Shown piece after piece: positions 7,500-11,835 of a stretch of DNA of 11,835 nt (its first letter is position 1; every line of letters begins with the position of its first letter). Under the pieces are notes generated by a model, which saw nothing but the letters and a program-made list of their open reading frames with translations, was not told the DNA's origin and did no database searches. The translations under genes were made by a program, and so were the position numbers. This DNA comes from Planctomycetota bacterium (lineage in GTDB: Bacteria > Planctomycetota > SZUA-567 > H5-PLA8): NCBI GenBank assembly GCA_045863855.1, contig BTVV01000163.1, positions 1 to 11,835 of the forward strand. Direction: 5' to 3'.

Positions 7500-8222
7500 A
7501 TGCGCATATCCCTTATCATCGGCGTCATCGCGTGCGCGGCCGTGTTCTGGATCATCTTGCGTTCGCGCTCGGTGGACCCGACCGGTGACGGCAAGGCTCC
7601 GCCTGCGGCACAGGACGCGCTCGTCTTCGATTTCGAGAAGGATGAACCCGGCAGGGTACCCGCCGGATTCACTTCGGCGCTGACCGGCGGCGGAGGCCCT
7701 GTCCAGTGGCAGGTGCAGCAGGCCGAAGGCGCTCCGTCCGGCGCGAGGGTCGTGGCACAGCTCAGCGACGATTCGACCAATGCTCGATATCCGCACTTGG
7801 TCAGGGAAGACTTCATGGCCAGAAACGTCGATCTGTCCGTGCGCTTCAGAACGATCAGCGGTGAAGCCGACGCCTCCGGCGGCTTGGTCTTCCGCTACCG
7901 GGACAGGGACAACTACTACGTCGTGCGGGCCAACTCCCTGGAGGGCAACGTGGTCGCCTACAAGACCGAGAACGGCAAGCGCGGCAACATCGGCGTCCGG
8001 GGGAAAGGCGACGCCTACGGCGTCAAGACGGAAGTGCCTCATCAAAAGTGGAACACGCTCCGGGTGATCGTGAAGGGCAAACTCATCGAAGTCTTCCTGA
8101 ACGACCGGGAACTGTTCGAAGTGGAGAACGAAACCTTTCTCGATGCCGGGAGGGTGGGTCTGTGGACGAAAGCGGATGCCGTGACGCAGTTCGACGATCT
8201 GCGTGTCAAGTCTCTGGATTAG
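7500..8222 (+). CDS. Membrane-anchored DUF1080-like (LamG/concanavalin jelly-roll) protein
   Basis: N-terminal hydrophobic anchor ISLIIGVIACAAVFWIIL, plus GGLVFRYRDRDNYYVVRANSLEGN and GRVGLWTKADAVTQFDDL. Start at ATG 7500 (AAAGGA upstream) or ATG 7485 (ATGA overlap). Confidence 0.8.
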   Translation: MRISLIIGVIACAAVFWIILRSRSVDPTGDGKAPPAAQDALVFDFEKDEPGRVPAGFTSALTGGGGPVQWQVQQAEGAPSGARVVAQLSDDSTNARYPHLVREDFMARNVDLSVRFRTISGEADASGGLVFRYRDRDNYYVVRANSLEGNVVAYKTENGKRGNIGVRGKGDAYGVKTEVPHQKWNTLRVIVKGKLIEVFLNDRELFEVENETFLDAGRVGLWTKADAVTQFDDLRVKSLD

Positions 8223-8230
8223 GTTGTGAT

Positions 8231-9481
8231 ATGGATGATGCCGCGCCTCAACAACTTCAGGAAGAATCCACCCCGGTGACCGCTCCGTCCTATTCGCTGG
8301 GGCAGATGACACTCTACGCCCTGAAGTTGGGCTCGATCGGTTTCGGTGGCCCCATCGCGCTTGTTGAGTATATGCACCGCGATCTCGTCGAAAACCGAAA
8401 ATGGATTTCCGAAGCCGAGTACAAGGAAGGTCTGACCCTGGCCCAGTTGGCTCCCGGTCCCCTGGCGGCGCAACTGGCCATCTACCTCGGTTATTGCCAC
8501 TACGGCGTGCTGGGCGCGACCTTGGTGGGCGTGGCCTTTGCCTTGCCGTCCTTTCTCATGGTCGTGGCGCTGGGTTGGGCGTATCAGCGCTACGGCGGGC
8601 TCGCATGGATGCAGGCGGTCTTTTACGGCGTCGGTGCCTGCGTCATCGGAATCATCGCCCGCAGTGCGCAGAAGCTCACGGCCAAGACCGTCCGTGGGGA
8701 TGCGTTACTGTGGACGATTTTCGGCGTGCTGGGCGTGGTCACGTTCCTGACCGAGCACGAGAGCATCCCTCTGATCCTGACGGCTGGACTTCTCGCTTGG
8801 CTCGTCTATGTCGGACAGCGCCGCTGGGAATCGGCGCGAAAGCCCGTTGTGTTGACGGCGTGCGTTTTGTTTTCCGCCGCAGGCGCTCTGGCGTGGTTCC
8901 TGTCTCAGCAGGCGTCTTCCCAAAACGTCGTGAGTACCGCCAAGGTAGGACACTCCGTTTTGTGGGATATCGGCATCTTCTTCGGCCAGGCCGGGGCCTT
9001 CGTCTTTGGCAGCGGGCTGGCCATCGTTCCCTTCCTGTTCGGCGGCGTGGTCAACGAATACCAGTGGCTGAACGACCAGCAATTTCTCGATGCCGTGGCC
9101 GTCGCCATGATCACGCCGGGGCCGGTCGTCATCACCACGGGCTTCATCGGCTATCTCGTCGCAGGATTCCCAGGCGCGTGCGTCGCGGCCTTTGCCACGT
9201 TTTTCCCGTGCTACCTGTTCACCGTCGTCCCCGCGCCCTTGATGCGCAAGTACGGCTCGCGCCCCGGCATCGTCGCCCTCGTCGACGGGGTCACGGCCGG
9301 AGCCATCGGATCCATCGCCGGGTCGGTTCTGGTGCTCGGGAAACGATCCATCGTCGACGTGCCGACCCTACTGATCGCTGTTGGCGTCTATTTCACCTTG
9401 TGGAAAACGAAGAAAGTACCGGAGCCGGTTCTCATTCTCATTGCAGCCGCTCTCGGTCTGTTCTTGTATCGCTTTCGATGA
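8231..9481 (+). CDS. chrA: Long-chain CHR-family chromate efflux transporter
   Basis: Two homologous halves with GSIGFGGP...AQLAPGP and AFVFGSG...AMITPGP signatures, and many TM segments. ATG 8231 preferred because the ORF-track start overlaps the upstream gene by 175 nt. Confidence 0.93.
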   Translation: MDDAAPQQLQEESTPVTAPSYSLGQMTLYALKLGSIGFGGPIALVEYMHRDLVENRKWISEAEYKEGLTLAQLAPGPLAAQLAIYLGYCHYGVLGATLVGVAFALPSFLMVVALGWAYQRYGGLAWMQAVFYGVGACVIGIIARSAQKLTAKTVRGDALLWTIFGVLGVVTFLTEHESIPLILTAGLLAWLVYVGQRRWESARKPVVLTACVLFSAAGALAWFLSQQASSQNVVSTAKVGHSVLWDIGIFFGQAGAFVFGSGLAIVPFLFGGVVNEYQWLNDQQFLDAVAVAMITPGPVVITTGFIGYLVAGFPGACVAAFATFFPCYLFTVVPAPLMRKYGSRPGIVALVDGVTAGAIGSIAGSVLVLGKRSIVDVPTLLIAVGVYFTLWKTKKVPEPVLILIAAALGLFLYRFR

Positions 9482-9547
9482 TCTCAAGCAGACGGTCATT
9501 TTCGATGGAGGAGAAAATGGACTTCTCGTCAACGAAAGATCTTGCAC

Positions 9548-10984
9548 ATGACTGAGCGAATGCGGTTCCTGACAAGGCTGATTGGTGCTGTCTTCCTGCT
9601 CCTTGGCGCGGTCGTGCTGGTGTGGTTCCTGCGCCGGGACAGTGGCGGCCCGGTCGTCGTGGTTTACACCTCGGTCGATCAAGTCTTCTCCGAGCCTGTC
9701 TTGCGGCGCTTCGAGGAGAAGACCGGTGTCCACGTGCGGGCCGTTTACGACACAGAAGAGACCAAGAGTACCGGCGTCTTGAACCGGCTTTTCGTGTTCG
9801 GGACCTATCTCGACGAAGTCCTGATGATGCGTAATGCGGCGGGGACCAAATACTACTACCACGCCAACCACCTGTACTCCGTCCATGCGATCACGAACGC
9901 CTCGGGGAACATCGTCGAGGCCGTGAAGAGCTACGATGCGTACGGCAAACCGACCATCATCACGGGAGCAGGGACGGACGCGACGTGGTTCACGGGCGAT
10001 GACGTGGCGGGGAGCGTTTCGGCGATCGGGAATCCGTTCTGGTTCCAAGGGCACCGAGTGGACCCGGAGACAGGGTTGGGGCAGTGGAAGCATCGCTACC
10101 TTTCGCATGACCTCGGCCGATTCGTAAGCCGCGATCCACTGGGTGGGTGGACGCATCAGAGTTTATACTCCTATGATGGTATAGACCCATTAGGGCTTGG
10201 ATTTGGAGATGTATTACTTGGCGCGCTAGAGAAGGCCGCGGACTTAGCAAAACAAGCGATGGAAATGACCCGAGTAGGGACGCAACCTCATATGGTAATA
10301 TATGAGAGAGTTGTTAGGATGAAATCCGATCCCAGGTCAGTACCAAAGCAATTAGTCGACGAATATGTTGATACGATTTCTGCTCCACCAGCTGCATTAT
10401 TTCGACTAGAGGCGGCTATTCGTGCGCGATTAAAAAAGAAGGACACCGGACAAGACACTTCGAAGGAAGACGAAGAGCTTGGTGAATCCCTAACCGAAGT
10501 CTATGTACCGGCTGCCCTTGGTGGTTTAGCTGCCGGACATATGCCTAAAGGTGGGGGCAAGGGAAAGGGTTCGTCTAGCAACCCTACATCTAAAGGTCCC
10601 ACTACTCCTGAGCCTGTTTCACCTACGCAGCCTGGGACCAAGGCTCCGCGCGTAGAAGTAATTCCTCCTGAGCCCCCGGTTTTCAAAGTAATTGATGGTG
10701 CGCTGGGAAAAGATAAAGCAGTTCATTTAGAAGTAAAAACCCCAGCAGGTACCATTGAGTACATGGGTGCAATGTACATCGATGACTGTTGCCTCGTTCT
10801 TGAAGGGGGACATGTGGCGGGTCCTGGTGCAAATATGATTGGCGTGGGAGGAATTCGTGGATTAATTCGCGCGTTGGGTCAATCGTATAATGTAAAATGT
10901 GTTCGAGTAAAGGGGCAGCGTGGAGGTCTGGGTGAGGGTGTTCCTCGATACCCAACAGAGTTTGAGGTTCGCGTAGATCCTTAA
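9548..10984 (+). CDS. Chimeric ORF: ABC Fe(III)-type solute-binding-protein N-terminus (9548-9790) fused in frame to an Rhs-associated core (9791-10198) and a C-terminal polymorphic toxin (10199-10984)
   Basis: A TM anchor followed by VVVYTSVDQVFSEPVLRRFEEKTGVHVRAVYDTEETKSTGVLNRL is a typical iron/thiamine SBP start. It is followed immediately by FVFGTYLDEVL..YYYHANHLYSV..YDAYG..DPETGL..GRFVSRDPLG..DPLGL (Rhs core). GC drops after ~10150. Confidence 0.85.
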   Translation: MTERMRFLTRLIGAVFLLLGAVVLVWFLRRDSGGPVVVVYTSVDQVFSEPVLRRFEEKTGVHVRAVYDTEETKSTGVLNRLFVFGTYLDEVLMMRNAAGTKYYYHANHLYSVHAITNASGNIVEAVKSYDAYGKPTIITGAGTDATWFTGDDVAGSVSAIGNPFWFQGHRVDPETGLGQWKHRYLSHDLGRFVSRDPLGGWTHQSLYSYDGIDPLGLGFGDVLLGALEKAADLAKQAMEMTRVGTQPHMVIYERVVRMKSDPRSVPKQLVDEYVDTISAPPAALFRLEAAIRARLKKKDTGQDTSKEDEELGESLTEVYVPAALGGLAAGHMPKGGGKGKGSSSNPTSKGPTTPEPVSPTQPGTKAPRVEVIPPEPPVFKVIDGALGKDKAVHLEVKTPAGTIEYMGAMYIDDCCLVLEGGHVAGPGANMIGVGGIRGLIRALGQSYNVKCVRVKGQRGGLGEGVPRYPTEFEVRVDP

Positions 10985-10986
10985 TA

Positions 10987-11253
10987 ATGGGATTGAAACG
11001 ACTACAAGAGCAGAATCTTATGATTACAGTAGAGGTGTATGACTGTGGACGAAGAGCCCAAACAGTGGAAGCCATTAAGTTCATAAGCAAGATGCAAGGA
11101 ATAGATAAATTTGATGCGTTGAAGCTGGTCAATCAAGTGTACTATTATTCGCAGCCAATACAGTTTGGATTCCGACTAGAGAACGAAGCATGTGACTTCA
11201 TGTCTCACTTAGAGTCACTTGGGTTCAGTAGCCGAAGACTGCGTAGCGGTTGA
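10987..11253 (+). CDS. Probable immunity protein of the Rhs toxin; ribosomal L7/L12 C-terminal-domain-like pattern
   Basis: Small, low-GC ORF 2 nt after the toxin stop (alternative start ATG 11020). The pattern G..A..V..IK......G....A..LV...P...EA......LE..G matches the L7/L12 CTD. Confidence 0.7.
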   Translation: MGLKRLQEQNLMITVEVYDCGRRAQTVEAIKFISKMQGIDKFDALKLVNQVYYYSQPIQFGFRLENEACDFMSHLESLGFSSRRLRSG

Positions 11254-11350
11254 CTGCGCGTCCTAAGCAAGCCCTCCTCGCATGGCGAATCAGGGGATTG
11301 AAGCGGCTGAAGCGGCCCAGGCCATTGTTAACCCTCCCAAAGAGCCGGAG

Positions 11351-11402
11351 GCGCGCGAAAAGTGAAATTTCCGAAACAAGCTCGGCTGCACTTCTCGCGC
11401 GC
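11351..11402. repeat. Long inverted repeat / hairpin
   Basis: GCGCGCGAAAAGTG (11351-11364) pairs with CACTTCTCGCGCGC (11389-11402) at 13/14, with an inner CCGA/TCGG stem. Confidence 0.7.
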
Positions 11403-11580
11403 GGATGCGTCAAGGATTTTGAATTTCAAAGAACAACGTCCATCTCGCGCGCTACGCGATCAGCCGCACGGTCCGCATGGCGCGAATGTCGAGCTTGATC
11501 AGGTTGGGATCGCCGCCGTAATGGGTGCGATGCACGGAGACCGCGGGCGGTACTTCATGCGCCCGGATCGGCCGTCGCGC
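11403..11580 (-). mobile_element. Possible IS remnant (3' end of a gene plus IS256/ISLre2-like right end)
   Basis: The minus strand reads ...HRTHYGGDPNLIKLDIRAMRTVRLIA-stop, then CAAAATCCTTGACGCATCC, which resembles my recollection of Mutator-like IS right ends (AAAATTCTTGACACTACC-type). No catalytic motifs are visible. Confidence 0.3.
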
Positions 11581-11581
11581 G

Positions 11582-11835
11582 ACGTATGACTTGGCCAGCC
11601 GGTTGACCGCGGCGAACTGCGGCCGGTACAATACGCTCGTGGAACGGACGTACGATTCCGGGAGCCGCTTGACGAGCGAGAAGCTGACCGTGGACAGTGT
11701 CGCGTACACGACCACCAGCGCCTATGACGCCGCCGACCGGCGCACGTCCATCACGTACCCGAACGGGAAAGTCGTCGCGCAGACGTTCACGACCCGCGAC
11801 CAGCTTTCCAACGTGAAGTACGATGGCGTGAACGT
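11582..11835 (+). pseudogene. Start-less YD-repeat (Rhs) fragment running off the window; probably the next orphan Rhs module
   Basis: Open frame TYDLASRLTAANCGRYNTLVERTYDSGSRLTSEKLTVDSVAYTTTSAYDAADRRTSITYPNGKVVAQTFTTRDQLSNVKYDGVN contains repeated YD..xRLT units. There is an in-frame stop at 11519-11521 and only an unsupported GTG at 11525. Confidence 0.85.

Noticed and set aside
10987..11253. Calling this ORF a genuine rplL (ribosomal protein L7/L12)
   Set aside because: It has no N-terminal dimerisation domain or Ala-rich hinge, is highly diverged, has low GC and is not in a ribosomal operon.
11351..11402. Rho-independent terminator after the immunity gene
   Set aside because: No U-tract directly follows the stem on either strand and the loop region is large; kept only as an inverted repeat.

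Overview
GC-rich bacterial mosaic built from three blocks joined at abrupt gene breaks; all intact genes are on the + strand. (1) 56-~1642: left part of an IS21-family element (left end, intact istA, istB cut after ~50 codons, no right end). (2) ~1643-9790: a tightly coupled heavy-metal/oxyanion-type operon. It encodes a CusR/CzcR-like response regulator and sensor kinase, an exported three-domain protein (7-blade YVTN propeller + EbdC-like heme-b DOMON + DUF1080-like jelly roll), a Cj0069-like ATP-grasp protein, a membrane-anchored DUF1080-like protein, a ChrA chromate transporter and the first 81 codons of an Fe(III)-type ABC solute-binding protein. (3) 9791-end: an Rhs polymorphic-toxin region. 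An Rhs core plus a low-GC C-terminal toxin is fused in frame to the solute-binding-protein leader. It is followed by a small candidate immunity gene resembling the ribosomal L7/L12 C-terminal domain, a probable IS remnant and the start-less beginning of another YD-repeat module. The most notable items are the toxin/L7-L12-like immunity pair, the in-frame capture of the toxin by the metal operon (an assembly chimera is not excluded), and the propeller-heme-jelly-roll protein. All family assignments come from motif recognition by eye; no searches were run.
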